Shown one piece after another: positions 35,130 through 45,404 of a DNA stretch of 64,000 nt. The stretch is from contig OY820591.1 in assembly GCA_963555985.3 (NCBI GenBank), forward strand, positions 2,125,053 to 2,189,052, given 5' to 3'. Under the pieces are notes generated by a model. The model worked only from the letters and a program-made list of their open reading frames with translations. It made no database searches and had not been told where the DNA came from. Position numbers and translations under genes: made by a program. The number at the start of each line of letters is the position of its first letter. Within the stretch, counting starts at the first letter, position 1. This DNA is from Dehalococcoidia bacterium. Lineage in GTDB: Bacteria > Chloroflexota > Dehalococcoidia > Bin125.

Positions 35130-37532
35130 CTAATCGTTGCTGGACCCGAACGCGCCGCGAGCGATCAGCACCGGCGCCGTCGGAACATCCGATGTAACCC
35201 CGGACTCATACAACTCCGCAATCCGCGCTTCGGAGTAGCCCAACTCCCGCAAGACCTCGCGGTTGTGCTCCGCAAAGCGCGGAGCCGCCCGCCGAATCGA
35301 GGCGGGAGTGCGGCTGAACCGCCAGGGCCAGCTCGGGAACGGGTAGACGCCGATGACCGAGTGGTCGATCCAGCGATAGAACCCGCTTGCGTGGATGTGC
35401 GGATCGTGCAGCACCTGCCAGTTCGCCAAAATCGGCGCAGCCGAGATGTTCGCTCCTTGCAGCGCTCGCACTGCCTCATATTGCTCCCGCTCGCTCGTCC
35501 AGGCGGCAATCGCCGCATCAAGCTCGTCATGGCGAGCGCGGCGTCCCTCGAGGCTGGCGAGGGACGAGTCCTCCGCCAGATCGGGACGCTCAATCAACTC
35601 ACACAGCGAAACCCAATCGGCGTCGGTCTGAACGCTGAGCGCGATCCAGACATCCTCACCCATCGCCCGGTACGCCCCCTGCGGCGCAAAGCGAGCGTCG
35701 CGATTGGCGTTGGGCTGCCGAACTGCGCCGCTCACCTGGTACTCCATCAGCGCCTCGAAAAAGTAGGCCGCCCCCGCCTCGTTGAGGGCAATGTCGATGT
35801 ACTGACCCTCGCCCGACCGTTCGCGCTGCTCCAGCGCGGCCAGAATCGCCGCCGTAGCGTGATTGCCCGAGACTGGATCCGCGTAGAACAGCGGCGTCCG
35901 CCGCACCTGATCCGGCTGATATCCCGTCACCGACGCCAAGCCCGAGGACGCCTCGATATTCGACCCGTACGCAGACCAGTCGCGCCACGGCCCCGTCGCG
36001 CCGAAACCCGACATCGAGACGTAGATCAGACGCGGGTTGTGCGCACGCACGATCTCCTGATCGAGACGAAGATTGGGCATCACCCGCGCCGAGTTGTTCT
36101 CAACGAAGACATCGGCCTCGCTGATCAAGTCCAGGAAGACGGCTTTCCCGTCCTCGGTCGAGAGGTCGACAATCAGGTCGCGCTTGTTCCGGTTGAGCAG
36201 GTTGAAATACATCGCTCGGTCATACGGATAGCGCTGCGGATCCTGCGTCGGGCCGGGCATGAACAGCGCCCGCGTCGCCGGACGCGCGGCCCATTCCAGC
36301 TTGATCACGTCCGCGCCTAAGTCGCCCAGGTGCCGCCCCACGATCGGACCGGCCCAGTTGCTGGTCAGTTCGACCACGCGCAGCCCCTGCAAGGGCAATT
36401 CCGTGGTCGCCATCGCGGGCGGCGGAGCCGGCCGCGGCGTGTCCGCGAATTCCTGTCGAATCGCCGCCGTGTGCTCCCCCAGCGCGGGGGCCGGCCCCTG
36501 TCGGCAGGCCGGAGTGTCCGAAAGCAGGTAAGCGGGGCCGGGAAAACGCAGCTCGCCCAGCGCTTGATCCTCCCCCGCCTCCCACCAGTCTCGCGCGCCC
36601 AACTGGATGTTCTCGTCCAACCCCTTTGCATCCAACACCGGGGTGCACGCGATTCGCAGCTCCTGCGCCAGCGTCGCCACTTCCTCCGCGCCATAATCCC
36701 GCGCCCAAACCTCCACATCTCGATACAGTTCGCCGAGCTGAGCTTGCCAGGCGTCAATGCTGGTCAGTTCGACTTGCTCCATTCGCTCCGGCTGATCGAT
36801 CAACAGGAATACGTTCGGATTCGGTACCGCCCGCATGAACAGCGCCCACCCGTCCCGCGTCTTGGTGAAATCGTGCGGCGAGCGATTGAGCGCAATCCCG
36901 CTCGCGATCCAGGACGAGATCAACCACGCATGAGCCGACAGGTTCGCCTCCAGCGCATTCAGCGCCACTCGCTGGCCGTGACCGGATCGCCTGCGTTCGC
37001 GCACCGCCGTCAGCGCCGCGATCGCCGCATGAACTCCAAGGTGCAGCTGACTCTGACCGCCGGGCAACATCAGCGGCTCCCGCCCGGGATCGCCGGTGAA
37101 GAACATGTACCCGCCCATCGCCCAAGTCGCGATCTCCGAACCGCGCCACTTGGCGTACGGCCCCTCCTCTCCCCAATCGGAGAGCGACACCTCGATCACG
37201 CGCTCCGGCAAGCGAGCGGGCAGATCGTTCCGCCAGGGCGAGCCATCGTCGGCAATCAGCACATCGGCTCGCCGCAGCAGCAGATCGAGCAGCTGCCGCG
37301 CGTCGGCATGATCGGTGGGAACCACCGATTCTTTGCCCGCTCCCAGATGTGCAAACGGCCCGCCCCAGGCAGCGTCATCCGGCGCATTCCAACGGCGAAG
37401 CGAAGAAGGTTCGCTCGCTTCCAGCATGATCACGCGCGCGCCCAGGTCGGCGAGCAGTTTCGATGCGTACGCACCGGCGAGTTCGGTAGAAAGATCGAGC
37501 ACAACCAGAGCGTCAAGAGCTGTGACAGACAT
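35130..37532 (-). CDS. Two-domain fusion of family III CoA-transferases (N-half without catalytic Asp, C-half with it)
   Basis: Start ATG 37532 (MSVTALDALVVLDLSTELAGAYASKLLADLGARV). Second domain begins LQGLRVVELTSNWAGPIVGRHLGDLGADVIKLE after a Pro-rich linker (DTPRPAPPPA). N-half reads SQLHLGVHA...RSGHGQ and C-half reads YADPVSGNH...RSGEGQ. Confidence 0.85.
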   Translation of the reverse strand: MSVTALDALVVLDLSTELAGAYASKLLADLGARVIMLEASEPSSLRRWNAPDDAAWGGPFAHLGAGKESVVPTDHADARQLLDLLLRRADVLIADDGSPWRNDLPARLPERVIEVSLSDWGEEGPYAKWRGSEIATWAMGGYMFFTGDPGREPLMLPGGQSQLHLGVHAAIAALTAVRERRRSGHGQRVALNALEANLSAHAWLISSWIASGIALNRSPHDFTKTRDGWALFMRAVPNPNVFLLIDQPERMEQVELTSIDAWQAQLGELYRDVEVWARDYGAEEVATLAQELRIACTPVLDAKGLDENIQLGARDWWEAGEDQALGELRFPGPAYLLSDTPACRQGPAPALGEHTAAIRQEFADTPRPAPPPAMATTELPLQGLRVVELTSNWAGPIVGRHLGDLGADVIKLEWAARPATRALFMPGPTQDPQRYPYDRAMYFNLLNRNKRDLIVDLSTEDGKAVFLDLISEADVFVENNSARVMPNLRLDQEIVRAHNPRLIYVSMSGFGATGPWRDWSAYGSNIEASSGLASVTGYQPDQVRRTPLFYADPVSGNHATAAILAALEQRERSGEGQYIDIALNEAGAAYFFEALMEYQVSGAVRQPNANRDARFAPQGAYRAMGEDVWIALSVQTDADWVSLCELIERPDLAEDSSLASLEGRRARHDELDAAIAAWTSEREQYEAVRALQGANISAAPILANWQVLHDPHIHASGFYRWIDHSVIGVYPFPSWPWRFSRTPASIRRAAPRFAEHNREVLRELGYSEARIAELYESGVTSDVPTAPVLIARGAFGSSND

Positions 37533-37572
37533 GGCAATACCCCCAAATGCGCAGGGAGTGTAACTGGCTAAG

Positions 37573-37803
37573 ATGGAGTCGGAGGAGGGCGCTCCGATGA
37601 CCACGGAAGCGAGCGATCAACAGAACCGGCAAGTAGGCGGCCGGAATGGGCAATCGGAACTCTCGCCTATAGACGAGGTGAACCGAATCGTTGACGAGGC
37701 GTTCGCCAACGTGCCCAGGGAAGTGATGGCGCGGATGAGGCCGGAGATGGTTCGGTATCTCAATGAGAAAGCTGGGTTCAATTCCGACGGTAACCCGAAG
37801 TGA
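37573..37803 (+). CDS. Putative antitoxin (VapB-position) of the downstream PIN toxin
   Basis: 76-aa ORF whose TGA overlaps the GTG of the PIN gene (GTGA). Fold not recognised. Confidence 0.45.
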   Translation: MESEEGAPMTTEASDQQNRQVGGRNGQSELSPIDEVNRIVDEAFANVPREVMARMRPEMVRYLNEKAGFNSDGNPK

Positions 37804-38225
37804 TCGCACAGGCACCGATCTTCATCGACACGACCTACCTGATTGCGCGCATGGACGAAGGCGACCAATGGCACGCTGCGTCGACCCGCGCCCGCGCGGT
37901 ACTTGAGAATCGCCGCATCGTGACCACCGATGGCGTCCTCATCGAATTCATGGCTGGCGTAGCTCGGCATGGACCGCAGGCTCGAAGCGCAGCGGCGAGG
38001 GTAGCCGAAGAACTCAAACGCTCCCCAAACGTCGAAGTGGTCGAACAAACCACCGCGCTCATGGCCGCCGGAATCGACGCCTACCGCAATGAATTCCTTT
38101 ACACCCGCCTCAGCCTCCAGGACTGCATCGCCATCCTCGTCATGCGGGAACGCGGAATCACCGAAGCGCTGACCGCCGATCAAGAGTTCCTGCGCGCCGG
38201 AATCACCCCCTTGATGACCGTCTGA
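37800..38225 (+). CDS. vapC: PIN-domain toxin (VapC family)
   Basis: IFIDTTYLIARMDEGDQWH, TTDGVLIEF, SLQDCIAILVMRERGITEALTADQEF give the conserved acidic positions of a PIN domain. Confidence 0.75.
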   Translation: MIAQAPIFIDTTYLIARMDEGDQWHAASTRARAVLENRRIVTTDGVLIEFMAGVARHGPQARSAAARVAEELKRSPNVEVVEQTTALMAAGIDAYRNEFLYTRLSLQDCIAILVMRERGITEALTADQEFLRAGITPLMTV

Positions 38226-38234
38226 TCATCCCTG

Positions 38235-38978
38235 CTAGGCAGACCCACGCAACACAATCCGGGAACTGCCCACGTCAATCTGCTTCACCGCCAACGAGAT
38301 CCGGTTGTCCTCATTCAGCGCCTGCCAGTAATCGTCTGCCGCCTCTTCAGCGGTTTCGGGCAGCGGCAGCCACAACGGATCCCCCGCATACGGCGGCAGC
38401 GGATTCCCGTCCGTGCGATACGTGGTAATCCCATAGCCAAACCCAGGCGGAGGCGGCGCTGGACGCCAAAATGTGCGATCTGTCTGAACCGCATCCGCCG
38501 CATTCGCGCGAAGAATCGCCAACTCCAGTCCTGCCGCGCCCTCCAGCTCGAGCAACCCCGCAATGCGCGGCGTGTAGTTCGGAGCATCATCCTCGCGTTC
38601 ACGCAGCGCCAGCGCAGCGTCGAAACGCTCACCCCGCGCGAGCGCGTCAACAATCGTCCGCGTATGGTCGCCGTTGCTCACGACGTACCGGTTCGGTAAC
38701 TCCAGCATCGCTTCGTAGATGATGTTGGTCGGATCCTCGACCTGCGCCGGATCCCGAGCCTCGGTACGCAGCGACGCCCCCTCCGCCACAAACCGCCGAT
38801 TGCGGCTGTTCGCGCTGCGACCCATGATCCAATAGACCTGCACCCAATCGCCCGACAGCAGCCGCCCAATCACGATCCCCCGCCCCGGATACGGATTCGC
38901 CGCCAGGTGACGCCCAAAATTCTGCTGCGCGCGGACACGCAACTCATCGAGCTGGGACACGGCCTGGGATTCGGGCAT
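38235..38978 (-). CDS. IMP cyclohydrolase-like protein (PurO/archaeal-type fold)
   Basis: NPYPGRGIVIG....G..VQVYWIMGRSANSRNRRF and IYEAM....YVVSNGDHT resemble the PurO-like family. Confidence 0.65.
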   Translation of the reverse strand: MPESQAVSQLDELRVRAQQNFGRHLAANPYPGRGIVIGRLLSGDWVQVYWIMGRSANSRNRRFVAEGASLRTEARDPAQVEDPTNIIYEAMLELPNRYVVSNGDHTRTIVDALARGERFDAALALREREDDAPNYTPRIAGLLELEGAAGLELAILRANAADAVQTDRTFWRPAPPPPGFGYGITTYRTDGNPLPPYAGDPLWLPLPETAEEAADDYWQALNEDNRISLAVKQIDVGSSRIVLRGSA

Positions 38979-39034
38979 GGAGCCAGAATACCGGCGGCTG
39001 GATCCTCAGTGATCAGCCGGTGTAGGGATAGACT

Positions 39035-40960
39035 TTGCCTATGCCCGCACCCACGACGCAGACCGTCGATCCACTCCTGATCGCCAACCGAGGCGAGATC
39101 GCCGGCCGAATCCTGCGCACCTGCCGACGCATGGGAATCAGCGCAGTCGCGGTCTACTCGGACGCCGATCAAGGGGCATCCCACGTCGCCGCAGCGGACG
39201 CAGCAGTGCGAATCGGCCCCGCGCCGGCGACCGCGAGCTACCTCAACGCAGACGCGGTGATCGACGCCGCCCAAAACTCAGGCGCAGCCGCCATTCACCC
39301 CGGCTACGGCTTCCTCTCCGAGCGCGCCGACTTCGCCCGCGCCGTCACCGACGCCGGTCTGGTCTGGATCGGCCCGCCCGCCTCCGCGATCGAGGCGCTC
39401 GGAGATAAGGTCTCGGCGCGCAAACTTGCAATCGCTGCGGGAGTCGCCGTCGCCGACGGAATCGACCAAGACGGCGGCGACCAAGCGCTCGCCGATCAGA
39501 TCGAGACCTTGGGCTATCCGGTGATGATCAAAGCCGCGGCCGGAGGCGGCGGGCGCGGGATGCGCCTGCTTCGCTCCGGCGCAGATGCCCCCGACGGACT
39601 CGCCACCGCCATCGCAGGCGCGCGCCGTGAAGCCCAGGCCGCCTTCGGCGACGGACGCCTGCTCGTAGAGCGCGCACTCATGTCGGGCCGACACGTCGAA
39701 GTCCAAGTCCTCTTCGATCAGCACGGACACGGTATCCACCTCGGCGAGCGCGACTGCTCCGTCCAGCGCCGCCGCCAGAAAGTGATCGAGGAAGCTCCCT
39801 CACCCGCCGTCGACTCCGATCTGCGTGAGCGCTTGGGCAACGCAGCGCTGGCCGTTTGCCGCGCCGCCGGTTATGTGAACGCCGGCACGGTCGAATTCCT
39901 CCTCCAACCCAATCGCGACTTCGTCTTCCTCGAAGTCAACACCCGCCTCCAGGTCGAGCATCCCGTCACCGAAATGCTGACCGGTCTCGATCTGGTCGAA
40001 TGGCAGTTGCGGATCGCCGCCGGCGAACAACTCTCATTGACTCAAGAAGAGCTCGACTGGAACGGCCACGCGCTCGAATTGCGGCTCTACGCAGAAGACC
40101 CGGCCCGCGGCTATGTTCCCTCCACCGGCCGCTTGCGCTGGTTCGGCGCGTTCGACGCACGCGCGCGGCACGACATCGGGCCGGTTGAAGGCGACGCTGT
40201 CACGCCCCACTACGACTCCATGCTCGCAAAGACCATCGTCCACGCGCCCACCCGCGCGGATGCGCTCGAACGCGCCTCGGAGGCGCTTGACGCCTGGGCT
40301 GTAGACGGGGTGACCACCAACGCCGCTCAGTTGGCCGCGATCGTGCGCTCCGAGGACTTTCGCTTCGGCGCGGTGGATGTCGGCTGGCTCGATCGAGCAG
40401 AGCTCGAGCCGCTCGAAGCGCCCCGCGACGCTCTAGTCGCAGCCGCCCTCGGCGACATCGCCAATGGAGGAGCCTGGCGCTCGTCCGGAGACTTCATTCG
40501 GCGCTACGGCTGCTACGGAACGCCGCACACCGTCCGCCTCACGCGAGTACCCGGCTCCGCCAATCGTTGGACTGCGGTTGTGGACGAGGACGAAGCGGTT
40601 GAGGTCGATGGATCGCTGCGCGGCTGGGAAGTGAATGCTTCAGCCAAGGGCGTCGTCGTCAGCCGGGGAGAGCGACACTGGGTGTTCACACGCGACCAGA
40701 GGCGCCGGACAGCCGGCAGCGGACGGCGCAGCAGCGGCGCCAACATCCTGCGCGCGCCGATGCCCGGCACGGTGATCGCGGTGCTGGTCGCAGAGGGCGA
40801 GGAAGTCGAGGCGGGGCAAACCTTGGCGATCATGGAGGCGATGAAGATGGAACACCTACTCACCGCGCCCAACGCGGGTGTGGTCAGCGCAGTTCATGTC
40901 GCGGCAGGCGCGACCGTGGACGAAGCGCAAACACTGATCGAACTGGGACCGTCCGACTGA
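39035..40960 (+). CDS. Acyl-CoA carboxylase alpha subunit (biotin carboxylase plus BCCP domains)
   Basis: LLIANRGEIAGRILRTCRRMGI, YPVMIKAAAGGGGRGMR, EVNTRLQVEHPVTE, C-terminal EAMKMEH biotinylation motif. Confidence 0.9.
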   Translation: MPMPAPTTQTVDPLLIANRGEIAGRILRTCRRMGISAVAVYSDADQGASHVAAADAAVRIGPAPATASYLNADAVIDAAQNSGAAAIHPGYGFLSERADFARAVTDAGLVWIGPPASAIEALGDKVSARKLAIAAGVAVADGIDQDGGDQALADQIETLGYPVMIKAAAGGGGRGMRLLRSGADAPDGLATAIAGARREAQAAFGDGRLLVERALMSGRHVEVQVLFDQHGHGIHLGERDCSVQRRRQKVIEEAPSPAVDSDLRERLGNAALAVCRAAGYVNAGTVEFLLQPNRDFVFLEVNTRLQVEHPVTEMLTGLDLVEWQLRIAAGEQLSLTQEELDWNGHALELRLYAEDPARGYVPSTGRLRWFGAFDARARHDIGPVEGDAVTPHYDSMLAKTIVHAPTRADALERASEALDAWAVDGVTTNAAQLAAIVRSEDFRFGAVDVGWLDRAELEPLEAPRDALVAAALGDIANGGAWRSSGDFIRRYGCYGTPHTVRLTRVPGSANRWTAVVDEDEAVEVDGSLRGWEVNASAKGVVVSRGERHWVFTRDQRRRTAGSGRRSSGANILRAPMPGTVIAVLVAEGEEVEAGQTLAIMEAMKMEHLLTAPNAGVVSAVHVAAGATVDEAQTLIELGPSD

Positions 40961-40983
40961 GCGCGGCTAGAGATGAGTGGTCG

Positions 40984-42384
40984 ATGAACGAGGCGCAAGA
41001 GGGGCTGCGAGCACGCCGCGCACGGGTCGCCGACAGCTGGTCGTTTCACGACGGCCCCGTCCTGATCTCCGCAGGAGTCCCAATCCCCATCGAAGGCACC
41101 GATCAGTTTCACGACTTCCACGCCCACCCCGAGTTTCAATACCTCAGCGGCATCGCCGAACCTGGCGCAACTCTCGCTTGGGAGCCGGAGCAGGGCTGGA
41201 CTCTGTTCACTCCCTCCCTGAGCATCGAAGACCTCGTCTGGATGTCCCCCCCGCCCTCAGCGGAAGTCCAGGCCGAACGAACCGCAATCGCCCAAACCCG
41301 TGACTTCTCCAACCTCGCCGCTTGGCTCGCCGAGCGCCGCGGCCGGCCAATCGCCCTGCTCGGCAACCGCGACATCGAGCGGCGCGGAGCCGAGTACGGC
41401 GTCCACAACTGGTCCGCGCTCGAACCAACCGTTGACGAAGACGCCACCGAGCGCCTCGGACGCGCCCTGGCCGAACGCCGCCGCGCCAAAGACGCGCTCG
41501 AACTCGATCGAATGCAGCGAGCCGTGGACGCCGCCTTAGCCGGACACATTCGCGCCCAACAGGTCGCCCGAGCCGGTCTCACCGAGCGAGCCGTCCAAAT
41601 CGAAATGGAAGCCGAATTCTTCCGCCTTGGCGGACAACGCACCGCCTACGGCTCCATCGTCGGCTCCGGACCCAACAGCGCCATCCTTCACGGAACACCC
41701 GGCAGCCGCGTGCTCTCAGAAGGAGAACTCGTCCTGATCGACGCCGGCGCAGAAGTCGAGGGCTACGCCTCAGACGTCACCAGAACCTTCCCCGTCGCCG
41801 CACAGTTCAGCGGCCTCCAGCGCGACCTCTACAACGTCGTTCTCGCCGCCCAGAGCGAAGCAATTGAGGCGGCAGCGCCGGGCGTTGAGTACAAACACCT
41901 CCACCTCCAAGCCTCAGCCACGATCGCCCAGGGCCTCGCGGACGCCGGCATCCTGCGCGGAGCGCCGAACGACCTGGTCGACACCGACGCCCATGCGCTG
42001 TTCTTCCCCCACGGACTCGGACACATGCTCGGCCTCGCCACTCACGACTGCGGCGGCTACCTCGAGGGCCGCGTCCCCGAAGATCGCTTCGGCCTCGCCT
42101 ATCTCCGCGCCGACTTGCCCCTCGAACCCGGCTACGTTCTTACCATCGAGCCAGGCATCTACTTCGTTCCCGCCCTCCTCACCGATCCGGCCCGCCGCGA
42201 GCGCTACCGCGAGCTGGTCAACTGGGAGATGGTGGACGGCTTGCTCGACTTCGGCGGAATCCGGATCGAAGACGACATCCTGATTACGCCTGGAGGCTGC
42301 GAAGTGCTGAGCAGGGCGCTGCCCTCCGCAGCCAGCGAGATCGAGGCAATCCGGCGCGACGCACTCGGAGCGGGTGATGACTGA
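40984..42384 (+). CDS. M24B Xaa-Pro aminopeptidase/dipeptidase (PepP/PepQ-like)
   Basis: DAGAEVEGYASDVTRTFP, HGLGHMLGLATHD, LTIEPGIYF and GGIRIEDDILIT are the metal-ligand motifs of M24B. Confidence 0.85.
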   Translation: MNEAQEGLRARRARVADSWSFHDGPVLISAGVPIPIEGTDQFHDFHAHPEFQYLSGIAEPGATLAWEPEQGWTLFTPSLSIEDLVWMSPPPSAEVQAERTAIAQTRDFSNLAAWLAERRGRPIALLGNRDIERRGAEYGVHNWSALEPTVDEDATERLGRALAERRRAKDALELDRMQRAVDAALAGHIRAQQVARAGLTERAVQIEMEAEFFRLGGQRTAYGSIVGSGPNSAILHGTPGSRVLSEGELVLIDAGAEVEGYASDVTRTFPVAAQFSGLQRDLYNVVLAAQSEAIEAAAPGVEYKHLHLQASATIAQGLADAGILRGAPNDLVDTDAHALFFPHGLGHMLGLATHDCGGYLEGRVPEDRFGLAYLRADLPLEPGYVLTIEPGIYFVPALLTDPARRERYRELVNWEMVDGLLDFGGIRIEDDILITPGGCEVLSRALPSAASEIEAIRRDALGAGDD

Positions 42385-44524
42385 CCAGCCCGCTCGCCTC
42401 ACCATCTCCGATGTCGCCCGCTACCCCCGCCCGGGTATGTCCGTCCCCGGCATGGTCGGATTCACCCCCGACAGCCGCCAGCTCAACTGGCTTCACGCCG
42501 AAGGCGGCGGTCTGGTTCGTTCGCTCTGGCAGATCGAGCTCGAAACCGGAGCACGATCTGTGCTCGCCGGTCCCGAACGCGCCGGCGAACCGATCTCGCG
42601 CGAAGAAGAACTCCGCCGCGAACGCACCCGCACCCGCGAACTCGGTGTCCCCGCCTACTACTGGGCGCGAGACGCCTCACCGCCCGTCCTCATGATCTCC
42701 GGCCCCATCGTCCGCATCGCCATTGGGGACGAACCGCTGCGCGAACTGCCCGGGACGGAGGGCGCAGTGGATCCGACGCTGAGCACCGACGGTTCGCGGC
42801 TGTCATTCATCCGCGCAGGCAACCTGTTCGTCGTGCCCACAGACGGCTCAGCCCAGCCAACCCAACTCACCGACGCCGCCGAAGACGGTCTCACCTTCGG
42901 ACTCGCCGACTACATTGCCCAAGAGGAATTCGGACAACTGCACGGTCACTGGTGGAGCCGAGATGGAGGCTGGATCGCCCTCGTTCGCGTCGACAGCCGC
43001 GCCATCGCGCCCTACCCCATCGTCCATCAAGGCGCAGCGGATGTGGACGTCGAAACTCACCGCTACCCCTTTGCCGGAGACCCCAACGCCGAGGTCGCGC
43101 TCGGAGTCATCCCCGCCGAAGGCGGCGACATCCGCTGGCTTCCGCTCCCGGATGAAGACGGCTATCTCGTCCGAGTCGCCTGGTGGTCAACGCCGGACAA
43201 CGAGGCCGGTCGCCTGGTCATCCAGTGGCTCGACCGCGAGCAGCGCCGCCTGCGCCTGCTCGCATTCGACAACTGGGATGACCCAACCCTCCTGATCGAC
43301 GAACGTCAGCAACCCTGGATCAACATCGCCGACGATGCCCGCGGACTCTCCGACGGCCGCTTCCTCTGGAGTTCGGAGCGATCCGGCTTCCGCCATCTCT
43401 CCATACACGCCGCCGATGGATCACTGGAGCATGAACTGACGTCGGGCACCTGGATCGTAGACGGCGTGATCGGCCTGGACGAGACCAACAACCACGTCTA
43501 CTTCACCAGCACCCGAGACTCGGCGCTCGGCCGTCAAGTCGAGCGCGTTGCCCTCAACGGCGGCGAGCCGGAACGCCTCAGCCGCACCGGCGGCGTCAGC
43601 GGAGGAGCACTGTCCCGCGACGGCCGCTGGCTCGCCCTGCTCGAAAGTTCGCTCGAATCGCCGCCTTCGATCAGTCTGGTCGATACCCGCGACGGATCAC
43701 GGCGCACGCTCTACGAATCCAGCCTGACTGCCGAAGCGCTGGGTCTGCGCCCGCCCGAATTCCGCCGCTTCGCCGCCAACGACGGCACGGCCCTCTACGG
43801 AGCGCTCTACCGCCCCGATCCGGCAGTCGAACGACCGCCCCTGCTGGCCGCAGTCTACGGCGGACCTCACGCCCAAACCGTGCTGGACGCCTGGGCGCTG
43901 ACCGTCGATCTCCGCGCCCAATATCTTGCTCAGCAGGGCTATCTCGTGCTCAAACTGGACAACCGCGGCATGGCCGGTCGGGGACTCGCCTTCGAGGGGC
44001 ATTTGGATCGGCGCATGGGCACTGTAGAGGTCGACGACCAAGCAGCCGCCGTAGAAGCGCTCGCCGCAACCGGTGAGATCGCCCCCGACCGCGTCGGCGT
44101 CTACGGCTGGTCCTACGGCGGCTACATGACCGTCATGTCTATGCTCCGACGCCCCGACCTCTTCAAGGTCGGCGTCTCCGGCGCGCCCGTCTCCGATTGG
44201 GACGGCTACGACACCGGCTACACCGAGCGCTACATGGGCACCCCCCAGAACAACGCCGAGGGCTACCGCGAGGGCTCGCTGCTCACTCACGCCGAAAACC
44301 TTCGCGGCAAGCTCCTGATCGTTCATGGCGGAGTCGATGAAAACGTCCACTTCCGCCACACCGCCCGCCTCATCACTGCCCTCACCCAAACCGACCGCGA
44401 CTACGATCTCCTCCTCTTCCCCTCCGAACGCCACATGCCCAGAGACCAAGCCGGCCTCGAATACCAAGAGCGCCGCGTCGCCCGCTACTTCGACCAACAC
44501 CTCAAACCGGAACCGCCCAGCTAA
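42374..44524 (+). CDS. S9B prolyl dipeptidyl-peptidase (DPP-IV-like)
   Basis: N-terminal beta-propeller region. [11 protein letters not shown] nucleophile elbow, GGVDENVHF and ERHMP catalytic-triad context. 11-nt overlap with the M24B gene. Confidence 0.85.
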   Translation: MMTDQPARLTISDVARYPRPGMSVPGMVGFTPDSRQLNWLHAEGGGLVRSLWQIELETGARSVLAGPERAGEPISREEELRRERTRTRELGVPAYYWARDASPPVLMISGPIVRIAIGDEPLRELPGTEGAVDPTLSTDGSRLSFIRAGNLFVVPTDGSAQPTQLTDAAEDGLTFGLADYIAQEEFGQLHGHWWSRDGGWIALVRVDSRAIAPYPIVHQGAADVDVETHRYPFAGDPNAEVALGVIPAEGGDIRWLPLPDEDGYLVRVAWWSTPDNEAGRLVIQWLDREQRRLRLLAFDNWDDPTLLIDERQQPWINIADDARGLSDGRFLWSSERSGFRHLSIHAADGSLEHELTSGTWIVDGVIGLDETNNHVYFTSTRDSALGRQVERVALNGGEPERLSRTGGVSGGALSRDGRWLALLESSLESPPSISLVDTRDGSRRTLYESSLTAEALGLRPPEFRRFAANDGTALYGALYRPDPAVERPPLLAAVYGGPHAQTVLDAWALTVDLRAQYLAQQGYLVLKLDNRGMAGRGLAFEGHLDRRMGTVEVDDQAAAVEALAATGEIAPDRVGVYGWSYGGYMTVMSMLRRPDLFKVGVSGAPVSDWDGYDTGYTERYMGTPQNNAEGYREGSLLTHAENLRGKLLIVHGGVDENVHFRHTARLITALTQTDRDYDLLLFPSERHMPRDQAGLEYQERRVARYFDQHLKPEPPS

Positions 44525-44536
44525 ACCAACCAACTC

Positions 44537-44585
44537 CTCTCCCCCCGCACTGCGGGGGGAGATGTCACGAAGTGACAGAGGGGGG
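44537..44585 (+). repeat. REP family B copy (upstream flank of the J-domain gene)
   Basis: ctctccccccgcactgcggggggagatgtcacgaagtgacagagggggg. Shares a 31-nt identical core with 45420..45468. Confidence 0.8.
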
Positions 44586-44630
44586 TCCGACCACTCGCCT
44601 ACTCCCCAACCACAACTGGAGGCCGCGACC

Positions 44631-45404
44631 ATGCCGATCCCCACCACCGCCTCCGACGCCGCCCAAATCCTCGGCGTCGGCATCGACGCCGATCACAAGA
44701 CTATCCGCGACCGCTACCGCCGCCTGGCACGCATCTACCACCCCGACCAGAACCCCGACGACGATGCCGCCGGCGTGCGAATGCTCGAACTCAACGCCGC
44801 CGTCGATCTCCTCCTCGGCGCAGAGACCCCAACCGTCGAACCAATCCTCGAAGAAGTCCCCACTCGAACCCTCACCCGCCTCGAACAGCGCCGCGAAGCG
44901 CGCATCCGCTCCGCGCTGCATCACCTCCCCTACGGCGTCTACGTGATCGGCACCGCCACTCCCGACGGCGAACCCAACGCAATGGTCGCCGACTGGGTGA
45001 TGCAGGTCTCCTTCTCTCCCCGCATCATCTGCATCTCGTTCGAGCGCGACGCCACCTCCCTCCGCAATCTCCGCGAGACCCGCGAACTCACGGTCAACCT
45101 CCTCCCCGAATCCGGCATGGACCTGGCCGCCCGCTTCCTCCAACCCTCCGACCCCTCCAAAATCCAGGGACGCCGAGCAGACATGGCCGCCCCGGACAAA
45201 ATGCGCGGCGTCGCCTATCAGCAGTTGGAGAGCGGCGCGCCCGTCCTCGAAGACTCCCTCATGTGGATCGCCGCCGAAGCCCAGCAGTTCGTCCCCGTCG
45301 GAGAACACATCATGGCCCTCTGCCGAGTCTTCGACGGAGACGCGCTACCGATCGACGAAGGCCCCCTCACCACCCTCTACACCGGCTGGCACTATGGCGG
45401 CTAG
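44631..45404 (+). CDS. J-domain (DnaJ N-terminal) fused to flavin-reductase-like FMN-binding domain
   Basis: ILGVGIDADHKTIRDRYRRLARIYHPDQNPDD (HPD motif), then YGVYVIGTATPDGEPNAMVADWVMQVSFSPRIICISFERD...LTVNLL (flavin reductase-like). GGAGG 9 nt before ATG 44631. Confidence 0.75.
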   Translation: MPIPTTASDAAQILGVGIDADHKTIRDRYRRLARIYHPDQNPDDDAAGVRMLELNAAVDLLLGAETPTVEPILEEVPTRTLTRLEQRREARIRSALHHLPYGVYVIGTATPDGEPNAMVADWVMQVSFSPRIICISFERDATSLRNLRETRELTVNLLPESGMDLAARFLQPSDPSKIQGRRADMAAPDKMRGVAYQQLESGAPVLEDSLMWIAAEAQQFVPVGEHIMALCRVFDGDALPIDEGPLTTLYTGWHYGG

